From NCBI GenBank assembly GCA_013239625.1, contig MU054187.1:22075280-22139279 (forward strand): a stretch of 64,000 nt of DNA, read 5' to 3'. Source of the stretch: Lama guanicoe (taxonomy: Eukaryota). The notes beneath the pieces are model-generated. The model was not told the DNA's origin, did no database searches, and was given only the letters and a program-made list of their open reading frames with translations. How positions within the stretch are numbered: the first letter of the stretch is position 1; every line of letters begins with the position of its first letter. Positions 1-11,896 of this stretch are shown in pieces. The position numbers and the translations under genes are program-made.

Positions 1-90
1 GGGTGGTATATATGTGTGTAATAACATATAGTTGAGTATAATACAGAATCTCTGTGCTATAAACTTGAAACTAACACAATATTGTAAATA
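1..90 (+). mobile_element. L1 3' UTR terminal fragment
   Basis: 'tgtgctataaacttgaaactaacacaatattgtaaat' resembles the terminal motif of mammalian L1 3' UTRs. Confidence 0.6.
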
Positions 91-329
91 TATTTCTGAG
101 AAACTGTTTCAGCAAGGTCCACTGTTGTATTCTATTCCATAAAATAGCTAGGTTTGTTTTAATATAAGCGTTTCATATTGTTTACCACCAGAGAAACTGA
201 CCTTCCATCAGATGGGACCTCGTGCCTTCTCATCCTCCAGACACACATTATGACCCAAGGGGAGGGGGCCTGGTCAGCTTGTGGGCAGGGGTGGGGGGCT
301 CCATCAGCCTGCCTGTTGGTCATCTGGAT

Positions 330-553
330 TAGTGGTTGGCAAACGACTGACCATCAACCAAGTCTGGCCCGCCACCTGTTTCTGTAAATAAAATGTTTCT
401 TGGAGCACAGCCATGCCACTCATTCACTATTGCCTGTGGCTATTCTCACACGACAAAGGCAGAGTTGAGTAGCTTCAATGAGAGGCTGGAAAGCTCACAA
501 AGCCAAAATTATCTCCTGTCTGGCTCAGTGCAGAAACAGTTCACCCTCCTCTG
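330..553 (+). mobile_element. MER58A-like hAT-Charlie DNA transposon fossil
   Basis: 'gtggttggcaaac...ctggcccgccacctgtttctgtaaataaa...ggcagagttgagtag...caaagccaaaat' follows the MER58A consensus as recalled. Confidence 0.75.
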
Positions 554-1719
554 GTCTAAATGGCTGTGTTGCTCTTTCTTAATAATTGATGTTATTACTT
601 TCCCAACTTTCTATGTAAAGAAGCCCTTTAGATGTTAAAAACCAGGCAAGCCTGAAATCAGCCCATTCAGTTGGTTATCAGCTCATATACTGATTTCTAT
701 GGAGTGAGCCAGATCTTCACTTAGGGAGACTCACCTAACTCAAGGGGAACCCAATAGGGACTGGGCCAGTTACTATGAACCAGCTTGGTTAGCCTGAGCC
801 GAGCCTGTCCCTCCAGACTGGGAGAGCCAAGAGTGTTTTATATCATGTGAATGCAGATGCTTCCTTGTGTAGATGATTCCATAATAGGTGATGAGCAGGG
901 GGTGGGTAGTGTTTAGCCTGCCTCGTACTGATCAGTCTAGCTTAAAAGAAGGAATTTAAACAGAAAGGGGCATCCAGAAAGGGAAGAAGTATCCACGTGC
1001 AGGACAAGGAAAGGGATTTGGCCCTGAAGAGTCTGGCAGCCCAAGGCAGTTGAGGGCAGAACCGGCTAGGTCAGAGTTTAAGCAAAGCTTTGAGAAAATG
1101 CTGAGGGTTTAATCTGGGATAAATGTGACTGACAAATCCAAAGGACAGGCACTGGGCTAAAAATAGCAGATAAGCCAAGGGAACGGAAACACAGATTTGA
1201 ATCAGCAAGAGAAAGGGTAACAGCAGAGCTAGGAAACATCTAGAAGCTTGCAACACAAAGGGATGAAAACTAGCTTTTGCCTTTAATGGTTTTTGGATTA
1301 GTATTTGGAGTTTGGGCCACTTGAATCAGTCAGAAGAAAATTGTAGGCGCGTGGAAGAGCCATGCGTGGAAGAGCCAGAGTTTTCAGAAGGCTTCTGAAA
1401 TTCTATTCTTTTTTTCCCCTGAGATTCAGGACAGGACTTTGAGAATCACACAGAAAAGACCTTGATTCCTCAGGGGCTGGGAGGTGAATAGTACCAGGTA
1501 TTGGGGAGCAGACAAGCAGAAAGGAATTTGTAAGACAGAGCACGTTACTTGGAGAAGTTTGAAAACTTGCTTCTGGAAGGGCTTGGCTTAAAGGAAATAA
1601 AAAGAGAGATTCACACCCAGGAAAATCTCAATGATATTTTTTTCTTAAACTGAGCACTACAGTTTCTGTAATTATGTTACATATGTGACAGCTGACTGGC
1701 TTTATATATTGTCACACAT

Positions 1720-1860
1720 GGGTAAAGTACTCCAGATAAGATGGCTGGTGATGACGGCTGCACAATGTGAAGGCGCAGTAATGCCGGTGAGCTTCACATT
1801 TAAAGATGATTGAAATGGTAAATTGAATGTTATATGTATGTTGCCACAATTTTAAAAATA
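1720..1860 (+). mobile_element. old L1 (L1MB-like) 3' end
   Basis: 'ggtgatgacggctgcacaatgtgaag...aaatggtaaattgaatgttatatgtatgttgccacaattttaaaaa'. Confidence 0.7.
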
Positions 1861-2457
1861 CCTCCCCAAATTTAAAAGTACCCAAATAGGTGCTCCTTTC
1901 CCCCTGCACATAAAATGAGTGGGCCAGTTATTGGGGATTATCCACTGTTAGTTAGAGACACAGGCACTTCTTCTTGAACGAGGGAACAATGTCATTTCCC
2001 TTGCTTTCCACTGGCTGCCATGTTGATGAGTGGAACTGGCCTTGGGGTGAAGATGCTCTGGAGGATAGGTGAGTAATGAGCCTGAAGGAACCTTAGTTCT
2101 TGCCGGCAACGTGGAGCAGCTGGTACACTCTCTGCTGGATTTCCAGCCCTGTGAGAGGCTACATTTCTCTTCTGTTTAGGTCTTAGGAGTTGGAATTTCT
2201 CTTACTTCCTGCCAAAATCATCCTGATGTATTCTGATAGGTGCCAGGTTCTCCTCCAGACACTGAGGCGACAGTGGTGAGAATGGGCTGGACGAAGGCTA
2301 ATAGTGATTGGAAGAGCAAAGAAAGAAAGATGACTTCAGTAGAATAATCTATTAAGGCTATTGGACCCCCCCAATTCTGGTCATCCTGTTGATACTACCC
2401 TTGGTTGAGTAATTTGAGTTTAAGGGATGTGGTGCCAGCTGGTGCCTGCCAAGGCAC

Positions 2458-2886
2458 TGTGATGCCCATTCCTGGGCTCTCAGATGTTCACCTGCAAAAT
2501 TTCAAAAAAAAAAAAAAAAAAGATACACCCTTTTCTGGCTTGCGTTTGCCCTAACAGAATGAACAGCCCCGGGAAATGGCTAACCTCACCGTAGCTCAGG
2601 CTGACTCGTCTCAGCCCGTGTCTTGTCCTTATCAGAATTATAAATCTCACTGTCTCTTCATGGACCCTAACTCTCTTACCTCACTTATAGCCAAGCAAAA
2701 ATCTGTTCCCCTGTCCCTTTGTGTTCATAGCCCCTTCCTCAGTAAAAGACCCTGCATGTTCACCCTTGATGCTCACACAGGCACCTGTTGTCTGTGTGGC
2801 CTGCTGTCATCTGGGACAGTGTACCTAATAAACTCCTTTCCTATTTTTACCCTTTGTCTTTGGTAAATTATTTTACCGCCCATGAC
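2458..2886 (+). mobile_element. probable ERV solo LTR
   Basis: TG...CA-bounded block with AATAAA near 2827 followed by a U5-like 'ctttgtctttggtaaattatttt'. No clean TSD seen. Confidence 0.45.
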
Positions 2887-3079
2887 ACCGGCCCTCCATG
2901 TGCCCCCAGCAGGGAAGGGGATGGATTCTGGGCGAGCAATACAAACCCATAGTAGGAGTTGAGTTTTCCAAAGGTGAAGGAAATATACAAGGGAGCTTAG
3001 AGGGGACACTGTACAGGAGGACGTTATGATAGGGGAGGCAGGAGGGAGATCGCGAGGTGTTTCTTTTATGGAACCCTTT

Positions 3080-3400
3080 GAAGGAAACTCAGCAGCAACC
3101 CAAGAATGTGGATGAAAACCAGGAGAATATGGAATGAAAGAAGCCAAGAAAAGAGCATTTAAAGGAGACAATGGTCAACTGTGTCAAAGCAGCTAAGAGA
3201 TCATAAAAGATGCAAACTGTCAATTATCCATTAGATTTGACAAAAAGGAAACATCACAAAAGTAGCTTCTGTGTTGAGAGAGGGTGGGAGTCAGAAGGGA
3301 GTGCGCTGAACGGGGAAAGGAGGTAAAGAAGTAGAATCAGGGTTATTTATTCAGGCAGCTTAGCTAGGAAAAGGAAGAGAAAGATATTGAAGGTTGTGTA
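3080..3400 (-). mobile_element. L2 fragment
   Basis: 'tggtcaactgtgtcaaagcagctaagagatca...ccattagatttg' is a typical antisense L2 motif. Confidence 0.6.
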
Positions 3401-3519
3401 CATTTGATGGGGGAGGAATGGGAGGAGAGATCTGACAGGTCTCTTGGAAATTCTGTTGGGCCTTGCTGATGGAGAACCTCTAATATAGAGAAATGATTGA
3501 GGTCCTTTAGCCCTGATTA

Positions 3520-4000
3520 TGTCACCAAGGCAAGTTCGTGTGCCCGCTGCACCATGAGACCAAAGAAATTGAAACGTCAGAATTTGGAGCAGAGAAACGT
3601 TTATTGCAGGGCCAAGCAAGGCGGATGGGGTGGCTCATGCCTAAGAAAATCCCAAACTTCCCCAAAGCGTTTTAGCAAAGCATATTTAAAGGCCAGGTAA
3701 GGCAGTGGTGGGGGGAGTCACAGCATACACGATCAGCTGTGCACAGTTCTCTGATGGGTTGACGTTGAGGTAACCTGGTGGTCAACACTATCACCACCTC
3801 GGTGCCAGAAGGTCTGGGGGTCACATGCTCAGGATCATCAGGTAGTTAATTTCTTCCCCTTGGTGGTGGTTTTTAATATCTGAGAAACTCAGGAAATAAA
3901 CATAAGATACTATTGTCTGGGTACTTCAGAAGGGAGCTGTGGTGGAGGATTTGGGGGTGGATCTGACCCTGGAGGCCCTTCAGAGTCCTGCTCGGTTGCA
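3520..4000 (-). mobile_element. ERV1-class solo LTR (same family as 6291-6767)
   Basis: TG...CA termini; 4-bp TSD ATTA at 3516-3519 and 4001-4004; AATAAA on the minus strand near 3601-3606; alignable to the reverse complement of 6291-6767. Confidence 0.9.
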
Positions 4001-4553
4001 ATTACAGGCCCATATCATACAGTCAGTTTGGAAAGGCCTGTTGGTAAAAGGCCTACCCTGTGATTCACACATTGAACAATGGGAGTAAAATGAACAGGCT
4101 AGGATTTCCCAACAGCACACTGGATTTGTTGAGTCTGGCTGTGAAAGTCATGGCTTTTCATTCATTGCGTAAGGTTGTTTTAAGCGCCTTTCTCAGCCAG
4201 ATGTGCTTGCTCCATGGTTTCAAAGCAAGTTCAGAGCTTATTCAGCAGAAATGTTAAAGTTCGGTTTCAATTGTAAATGTTGTACATATAAGGTAAGTGA
4301 TGAGGAAGTCACCCCGGCCCCACTACACAGAGAGGGAAAATAGCTCAAATGTTTAAGTCTGTTTCCTTTTAGTCTTTTTACCATTCGTGTATTTATAAAA
4401 GGCCCCCTGGATCTTAGTTTTCACTAGGCCTGGGCCCTGGGAGAAGCAGTTCTGAGACATGAGGTCTAGGCCCTCCTTCCACGAGCTGGCAGTACATTTG
4501 GGAATGTAATTCACACAGAAGTGAGCAGTCATTCAGCAAGGTGGGCTGACTGT

Positions 4554-4785
4554 CAGGGCCAAGCCTGGGGTGATGAGGGGGAGGCTGTATCATGCAAATC
4601 CAGAGACAAATTCTGTCTTTATTTAAAATTTTAATATTTTTGTTCATTATGAATTTTTTCACTAATTTTGATTTTTTTAAAAAATTCCACTAAAACATTA
4701 TATATCTCAATTACTGAGTTTTTAGGGCCCTTACATTTTGCACCCAAGGTGAATTACTCCCTCACCTCACCCTGATCCAGGCCTG
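4554..4785 (-). mobile_element. MER96B-like hAT-Tip100 DNA transposon
   Basis: Degenerate terminal inverted repeats cagggcc.../...ggcctg. The minus strand reads 'gggtgaggtgag...ttgggtgcaaaat...aaaaactcagtaattgagata'. Confidence 0.65.
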
Positions 4786-4804
4786 GTGACACCTTGGCTG
4801 AGAG

Positions 4805-4995
4805 ACGAGCTTTAGTTTCAGACACACGTCAGTTTAAACCCATCTCTTCTACTTACTAGAAGTGTAACTTGAGTGAGCGAGTTACCTGACTTCTGTCAAC
4901 TCAATATCCTCCTTTGTAAAGTGGAGATAATTAAATTGAGCTAATACAGACAAAGTGCTTAGCTTAGGGAGAGCAAATGTTCAGTAAATAGACTA
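4805..4995 (+). mobile_element. MIR SINE
   Basis: MIR core 'ctacttactagaagtgtaacttgagtgagcgagttacctgacttctgt...ttgtaaagtggagataat'. Confidence 0.65.
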
Positions 4996-5037
4996 TTTTT
5001 CCAAAACCAAAGTGAGTAACTTAGATAATTATGAAAC

Positions 5038-5520
5038 AAGAGCTCTGTCCAAGAGAAATTAAATGTAAACCATAAATGTGATTTCACATTGTCTAGTAGT
5101 CACTTTTAAAAATGTAAAAATCAAAAAGTGAAAAAAATTAGGGGGGAGGGTACAGCTCAAGTGGTAGAGCACATGTTTAGCATGCAGAAGGTCCTGGATT
5201 CAATCCCCAGCACCTCTTCCAAAAATAGATAAACCTAATTACCTACTCCTTCTTCCAAAATAAAATAATTAAACAATATAATAATAAATACATTAAAAAA
5301 ATTTTAAGTGAAGAAAATTAATCATGTTACTTAACCTTGTATATCCAAAATATTATTATTTCAACATGAAATCAATATAAAAATTACTAATAGGATATTT
5401 TATCTTTTTTAATACTAAGTCTGGGAAATTGGGAACATATTTTGTACTTCACAGGATACCTCAGTTTGGACAAGCTGAATTTCAAGTGTTCAAATGGCTA
5501 CTGTTTTGGACACACAGATA
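5038..5520. mobile_element. MER33-like hAT-Charlie element interrupted by a SINE
   Basis: Ends 'gctctgtccaa' and 'ttggacacacag'; internal 'atatccaaaatattattatttcaacatg...atactaagtct'. Confidence 0.65.
5141..5305 (+). mobile_element. tRNA-derived SINE (camelid Vic-1-like)
   Basis: A box 'tacagctcaagtggtagag', B box 'ggattcaatccc', A-rich tail; 15-bp TSD aagtgaa(a/g)aaaatta at 5126-5140 and 5306-5320. Confidence 0.9.
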
Positions 5521-6290
5521 CAGACATTCTCTGTAGATTGGTGGAAGCGAAAGCCATTGGGACAGAAATGTAGGGAAGGAAGATCTTTTTCTAATCCCTT
5601 TAGTAGGGAACTTTGGAAAGAACACAAGTCCAGGACAGTTTCTACTACCCTTTAAATAACTCTCATATGGCCTTTGAAATATGAAAGGCTGTGAACATTT
5701 GGGGACACAAATAGAAAAAAAAATACCCAATAGAAAAATCACATTACTTCCTCTTGAATTTTGACTAGCTTATCAAACACTGTTCACTTATTCTTTTATT
5801 CTATTGGACTCTAAGAACGTCTTAATGTCATATAGGCATAGTCATCATGAATTTGAAATACTTTACGTTTAAAATTAGTCTGTTCCTTGCCCTAAAAATG
5901 AAAGGCATTTGAAAATGTAACACCCAGACACTTTACAGGTCAAAAAATGCAGACCCAAAGGGGAAAAAAACCCACTAAACTAAAAGTTGACAAGGATTTA
6001 TAATTTTAAAGAAAGTCTTGTTTAAGGCCAAATTCTTGAGGAGGTATTTGTCTGCAGTAGTCTATTTCTTACAGAAAAGGGGAGAATCTGTGTTTGTTTA
6101 ATTCACTTAATTCACTTGTGTCAAGAAAAAAAGAAAATATTTCCCAAGGGATACATGCAGTACCTTTAGGTACAGTGTATGATCAGAAGCAGTTTTTTAA
6201 ATGTTAGCTCCAAGTACATTGGCTTCCTGGCCTCCCTCGGCCTTCCCTGTGGCATATTTACTGCTTTATCACACAGGTGCCACCTAATGT

Positions 6291-6767
6291 TGTAACTGAG
6301 CAGGACCCTGTGGGGCCTCCAGGGTCAGATCCCTCCCCCATATCATCTGCTGCAGCTCCTCTCTGAAGTACCCAGATCATAGTATCTCATGCATATTTCC
6401 TGAGATTTTCAGATGCTAAAAATCACCACCACAGGAAAGAAATTAACTACCTGATGATCAAGAGCACGTACGTGGTCCTCAGACCATCTGACACCAAGGG
6501 GCTGATGGTGTTGACCACCTTGTTACCTCAACATCAACCCATCAGAGAACTGTGCACAGCTAAGTGTGTAGCCTGCGACCCCCCCCGCCCCTTATGTTTA
6601 AATATGCTTTGCAGAAACTCTGCAGGGAGTTCATGGTTTTCTCGGGCATGAGCCTCCCGATCCTCTTTGCTTGGCCCTGTGATAAATCTTTCTCTGCTCC
6701 AAATTCCGATGTTTCAGTTTGTTTGGCCTCGCAGTGTGTTGAGTACATGAATTTGCCTTTGGTAACA
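6291..6767 (+). mobile_element. ERV1-class solo LTR
   Basis: 'tgtaactgagcaggacc...ttggtaaca'. Flanks ATGT and ACAT are consistent with a CpG-decayed ACGT TSD. Homologous to 3520-4000. Confidence 0.9.
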
Positions 6768-7169
6768 ACATTAGTGAAGAGTGCAGACCAGGACCGCATC
6801 TACGACAAAAAACCCAGCCAGAGTTCTTTCCAGACTCATCCAGAAAGAAATTGCTGCTTTTTTGGCATGCTCATAGTTTATTATTTGCAGTATTTAACGT
6901 TTTACTTCAAGTCAAGACACAACTTGGGAACACATGAATTGACTCCTTTTGGAAATGGCAGGGATGAAATTTCCCCATGACCCATGTCTTTAAGGTAAAT
7001 GTTGAGACATTCATGGTGCATTAAAAAAAAGAAGTCTTTCTTCCTCCAACTCCACCTTCTTGGATTGGGAATGAATGTGCCAAATCTCACGTAGAAATCA
7101 TTTTTGGAGGTTTTTCAGGTCCGAGGACATGGAAAAGGAGGCTGTTTAACATATGGCAGACTCACTGCT

Positions 7170-7318
7170 CCACCGGACAGGTTTCAGCATTTGCAGCATC
7201 ACCTAAGAGCTCGTTAGACAAGCAGAATCTCAAGCCCCACTCAGATCTACCAGATCATCTTCATCCTAAGATCCACCAGATGATCCCTCTGCAGATTAAC
7301 GTTAGAGAAACACGAATC
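7170..7318. mobile_element. MER5A-like DNA transposon
   Basis: 'gcagcatcacctaagagctcgttagacaagcagaatctcaagccccac...gagaaacac'. Confidence 0.65.
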
Positions 7319-7790
7319 TGTAGAGTAAAAATGTCTTCTTAGTTTTGTTTAAATAATCACTGTTAAAAGACAGTGCAATAAATCATTACTGTTACCATTT
7401 TTCAAGTTAAAATAAAAAGTTTCCATATTTAACCATTTAAATACCTTTAAGATTTCCCTTCCAATAATGTATCATACCAGCTATTTGAAAGTGGCTGTGA
7501 CTTGAGTGTTACTTTAAAGAGTGTGTTTTCATGTAATCTACAAGTATCACGTAATCTCTACAGATGTTCGCAGTGTGGAGAGTTGTTCTTGGGCAACCCC
7601 AATGCTTCTGAAGATGAGGGTCGGGTATTTTTAAAAGCTTTCCTGGGGAAACTCATATGCAGCTGGGACTGAGAGCCACTGATGTCTCCAGAATGTCTGT
7701 TCCACAGCCTCAAGGTTCCTGCAGAATTCAGACCCAATATGACTTTTTTTAAATGTAGTTTTAGCTCTAGTTCATTTAAATGTGTGGTCC

Positions 7791-8268
7791 TGATACAGGA
7801 TAAAAGGGAGTGAGAGGATGGCCATGTTCCATGTCCCAGCAAGTGAGGTTCCTTGTTTCCTCTCAGGAAATGATTCAAAAGCAAGCCATAAAGAGTAAAG
7901 GTAGATTTATTCAGAGAGATACACACTCCATGGGCAGAGTGCAGGCTGTCTCAAAAAGCAAGAGAAAGGCCATGAGATGTGGAATTGTTAGTTTTTATGG
8001 TCTTGGTAACTTCATATCGCTAAAAAGTGTGAAGATTATTTCAACTACTTTGGGGAAGGGGCTGGGATTCCCAGGAACTGGGCCACCATCCACTATTTGA
8101 CCTTTTATGGTCGGCCTTGAAACTGTCATGATGCCTGTGGGAGTGCCATTACAATGAGCTTATATTGAAGGTCAAGGTCTACTGGGAGTTGAATCTTGTG
8201 CCATCATGGTGCTAATTGCCATGTCATTCTTTCAATGGTTGTGCTCTGCCTGCTTCCCGCCTGTCTCA
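7791..8268 (-). mobile_element. ERV1-class solo LTR
   Basis: TG...CA termini; perfect 4-bp TSD GTCC at 7787-7790 and 8269-8272; minus-strand AATAAA at about 7906-7911. Confidence 0.88.
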
Positions 8269-9857
8269 GTCCCCTCTGTTGAATAATGAAGTAGGGGTTT
8301 CTTTCCTGCATTTCCCAGTTCTCCTGGTTTTCAAGTTCTCAGTCATGTCCTACCCAGTCATTCTTATAGTTCTGCCCAACTTGACTCATAAATCATCTCC
8401 TTTCACACTTCTGGTCTCTTTCCAGCTTTCCAGAGTCTTTCTGGAGTCCAGGAGCCCAAAAATGGCGTCCCAGATGTGTCTACCTCCCTTCTCCTCCCTC
8501 CCTTTTCTATTATAGTCTTCAGAGACAGCCCAAAATAGCACTGGCCTTTTTCTTGCTGGGATTCAAATATTCTCAGGCAGTTTTGCATTTTTAAAATGAA
8601 AAAAAAAATCTGGACTATCTAAATTGCATATCCAACAATTCAGATCACTGATTGATTTTCTCCAAAGCCATAGGTTATATTTAAAAACTAGAGATGCTTG
8701 ATGGAAAGGTGCTTGAGCTCAGAATGCAGTTAGGTATGAACCTTCTTCTCTCCAGCCCTGGGTCAATGGCCGTGAGAAACATCTCAGGGCTGGTTTCTGG
8801 AGCAGACAATTCCCCTATCCTGCTAGGTTTATTTTGAAAGCATTTTAAAATGGTTTTTCAATGAATAATATTAAAAATCCAAAGAAGAATGAGTTTAACC
8901 AAACTAAGTTAATTCTGTAAAACAGATAAGAATAGCTTAATATCTAAAAATAAATTTCCACAGAATTTAGAAAATACACAAGTTGTGCAAGTAAGGAACC
9001 AATCTGGATTTGAGACTATAGCTGTGAAAATGACCAACATATTATATTGCTATCTGCTTGCTTTGGGGATTGTCTTGATAAGCCCTTAGATAGCAAAGCC
9101 AGTGCTTAAAGAAGAAATAAAAACTGTTGTTTTCTGTTTGCTACCACATGTCTAGAAAGCAAGAACTCTGGATTGTGCTTTGATCTTCCCTTAGGCCCAA
9201 GCTTCCCCTTACTTTGTGTTCTGGGCTAAAAGCTTTCTGCAGCCTGTAATCTGTTTTTCCACTAGATCAGTCTACTAGTTTAGTCTTTAATAATTCACAT
9301 CGGCATTGAGCCCTAAGACAGGAAGACACGTCAAGTTGGCAAAATGAGAAAACCAGTTTAAAGATGGAAAAGAGCATTAAGTGATTGCCTTGGGTTTTGA
9401 GTTCACTGTGAAGAGGAGTGGAAGGGTTCAAGGTCCTGGATTCATGCAACTTCTCCTACCGATATCTTGGCCAGCCAAGGGCCCCAAATCAAGCAGGGCA
9501 GTGTACTTTGACAGGAAATGGACTTTTGAGGATAGTGCTTTGAAAATAAAGGGGAAAAGCACTTTATGAGACCTTACTATTATCCCTCAAGGGGATGCTT
9601 ACAAGTTCAGCTTTTACTAGAAAACTATATAAATAAAGATGCTCTCGAATGCTTTAAAGTGTGAATGATCAAGATATAAAATTTCAAAAAAATTGATGTA
9701 GGAATTTATATATGAAATCATAATCAGCTTAAATTGTCTTGGGAAAAGAAAAATGTTATGTAAATGAATAAATATCTACATATTTTTAATTATAAGTACT
9801 GTCAAATAGGCTACATAAAAGTCTTGAAAACATTTCTAAAAGAGAGACATTTAAAAA

Positions 9858-9946
9858 TATATGTGCGTGTGTATGTGTATAACTGAATCACTTTGCTGTA
9901 CACCTGAAACTAACATTATAAATCAAATATACTTCAATTAAAAAAA
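9858..9946 (+). mobile_element. short L1 3' end
   Basis: 'tataactgaatcactttgctgtacacctgaaactaac...tatacttcaattaaaaaaa'. Confidence 0.8.
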
Positions 9947-10684
9947 TTTTTTAAAACCTACACATTTTCATATGTTGCTAACTCTCTGTTAGATAGTTTG
10001 ACTCCCCAGTGTATTAACAAAGTCCAAGCTGAAATCCTGAGCGGACTGCCTCATCGCCAACCCATATTCAACCTACTTTCAGCTACAATTTCTAACTAAT
10101 TCAGCTTGTGTGTTTAAAGACCATAACTTGGCTTCAGTGCCAGCCAGGACAAGTCTGCTAATGAAGAACAACAGACTTAACCCCCGCATGGAACCCTTAT
10201 TTCCCTAGACCAGGACGATCACAGGGAAAAGTCAGTCTTCAGTAACAACCACAGTGGGATCAGCTCCAGCCCCAGCAACTTTGTCACTTTGAGCGTAGAC
10301 ACCCCCACGCCTCCTGGCTGGCCCCGGATATGCACTGTGGGTGGCCGGGGGGTGAGTGTGGGACTGACGGGTGTCGGGGGCAGTGCCCTGTGCTGCTGCT
10401 GCTCTTCCCACGCCTGGCCTGCGTCTCCTCACTGCCATGTCCCAGGCCATCAGCCCCACCAGGTACTGCCCATCTCCCCTGTGGTCCCCCCATGGGGACA
10501 GTAGGCTGGCACTGGCCTCCACTTGCTCCATTAGAAATTTAGGCCCTTTCTGCTCAAAAGAAAAAGAGATTTTTACTTCCAAATGGATTGTTTCATCTTC
10601 AGCCCTAGATAGCGTGGCCTGAAGGAATGACAGTTCTTGGGTCTCTTTTGGGAGTATTCTATGTTTCCCTTTAACCCTGTAGCT

Positions 10685-10830
10685 TTAAATCCTCCCAGTA
10701 CGTGGAAATACTTAGGGAGCTTTTAAAAATCTATTTAGACACAGGCCTTAAATTTTAATCTAATTGATCTAAGGTGAGGCTCAGGCTAAGTGTCTGAAAA
10801 GCTCCCAAGGGATTTTAACATGCAGATGGC
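10685..10830. mobile_element. MER5-like DNA transposon remnant
   Basis: 'agggagctttttaaaaat...taattgatctaaggtgagg...aaaagctcccaagggattttaacatgcag'. Confidence 0.5.
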
Positions 10831-11099
10831 GCTTAGCTGGAAAATTGCTCCATCGAGCCTGTCTGAGTCCAGCATGCTTGGGATGAAGTCTGGCGAGCCA
10901 CCAGTGGACTCTATCCTCCCCCACCTCCTTCCTCGTCTGGTTGAGCATCTCCCTGTCTGCTTGATGTTGCCACATCCGCGCCCTCTCCCACCAGGTATGA
11001 CCACCTGTGCAGTCACCAACATCACTTCTACTCACCCCAGGAACCACCATGGAGTCAACGAGGTACCATCTTCAGAATCAGGGCCACCAGGCCTCAACA

Positions 11100-11280
11100 C
11101 TAATTATAATAGATACTTCACTCTTCCTAAGTGCCAGAACTGTTCTAGGCACTTTACATTTATTATATCATTTAACCCTCACATTAAATCATTTACTTCT
11201 CACAACAACCTTATGAAGTAGGCACTTTTATTGTCCCAGTTTATAGATGAGGAGACTGAGGTGCAGGGAGGTTAGGTAAT
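11100..11280 (-). mobile_element. MIR SINE, left part (continues at about 12812-12890)
   Basis: 'aaccttatgaagtaggcacttttattgtcccagtttatagatgaggagactgagg'; resumes as 'aacttgcctaaggt...tttaaacccaag' after the inserted LTRs. Confidence 0.75.
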
Positions 11281-11281
11281 C

Positions 11282-11896
11282 TGGAGGTAAAATCCTTAAG
11301 AGAGACCCCCGAGATTCCATCCCCTGGTTTTTCAAAGACAAATGTGGATACTGCCCTTGACGGGATTTTGCAGACACACTTTAAGTGTCAAATCAATTTC
11401 CCTTAAGGTTCAGAGATCCACCCAGGTACGTCTGATCCCATCAAGGGAGCTTCTTAAAAAGGAGAGAGTTTCCTCCAGCTGGCAGCAGAAGAGGAAGTCA
11501 GAGAGATTTGAAGCATGAGAAGGACTCAGCATTTCAATGCTGGCTTTGAATGTGGAGGGTACATGACAAAGAATGCAGGTGACCTCTGAGAAGGGACAGG
11601 GGCCAGAGGCTGAGAGCAATGAAGTTGGAACCTTAGACATACAGTCACAAGAAACAGAATTCTACCAAGATGAATGAACTGGAAGGTGCTCTCTTCCCCA
11701 GAACCCCAAGATAAGAGCCCAGCCCATGTGACACCGTGACCTCAGCCCTGTGAGACTCCAGAGAGCAGAGAATCCAATCACGCCTGGCTGGACTTCTGCC
11801 CTCATCACCATGAGCTGATAAATGGGTGCTGCTTTAAGGCATAAAGTCTGCTGATCTGGTATACAACAACAGAAAATTGGTGAGCTGGTATACAAC
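11282..11896 (+). mobile_element. MLT1 (MaLR) LTR, MLT1E-like
   Basis: 'gcagcagaagaggaagtcagagagatttgaagcatgagaaggactc...tgagctgataaatgggtgctgctttaag...caacagaaaa'. Confidence 0.8.

Noticed and set aside
1348..1377. Short tandem duplications (15 bp here, 20 bp near 49003, about 17 bp near 59085 and 59120)
   Set aside because: These are ordinary slippage-type duplications with no further structure.
3520..6767. Provirus bounded by two LTRs (also the 28911/56717 pair)
   Set aside because: The LTRs are in opposite orientation with no gag/pol/env or primer-binding site seen between them, and the first pair have separate TSDs.
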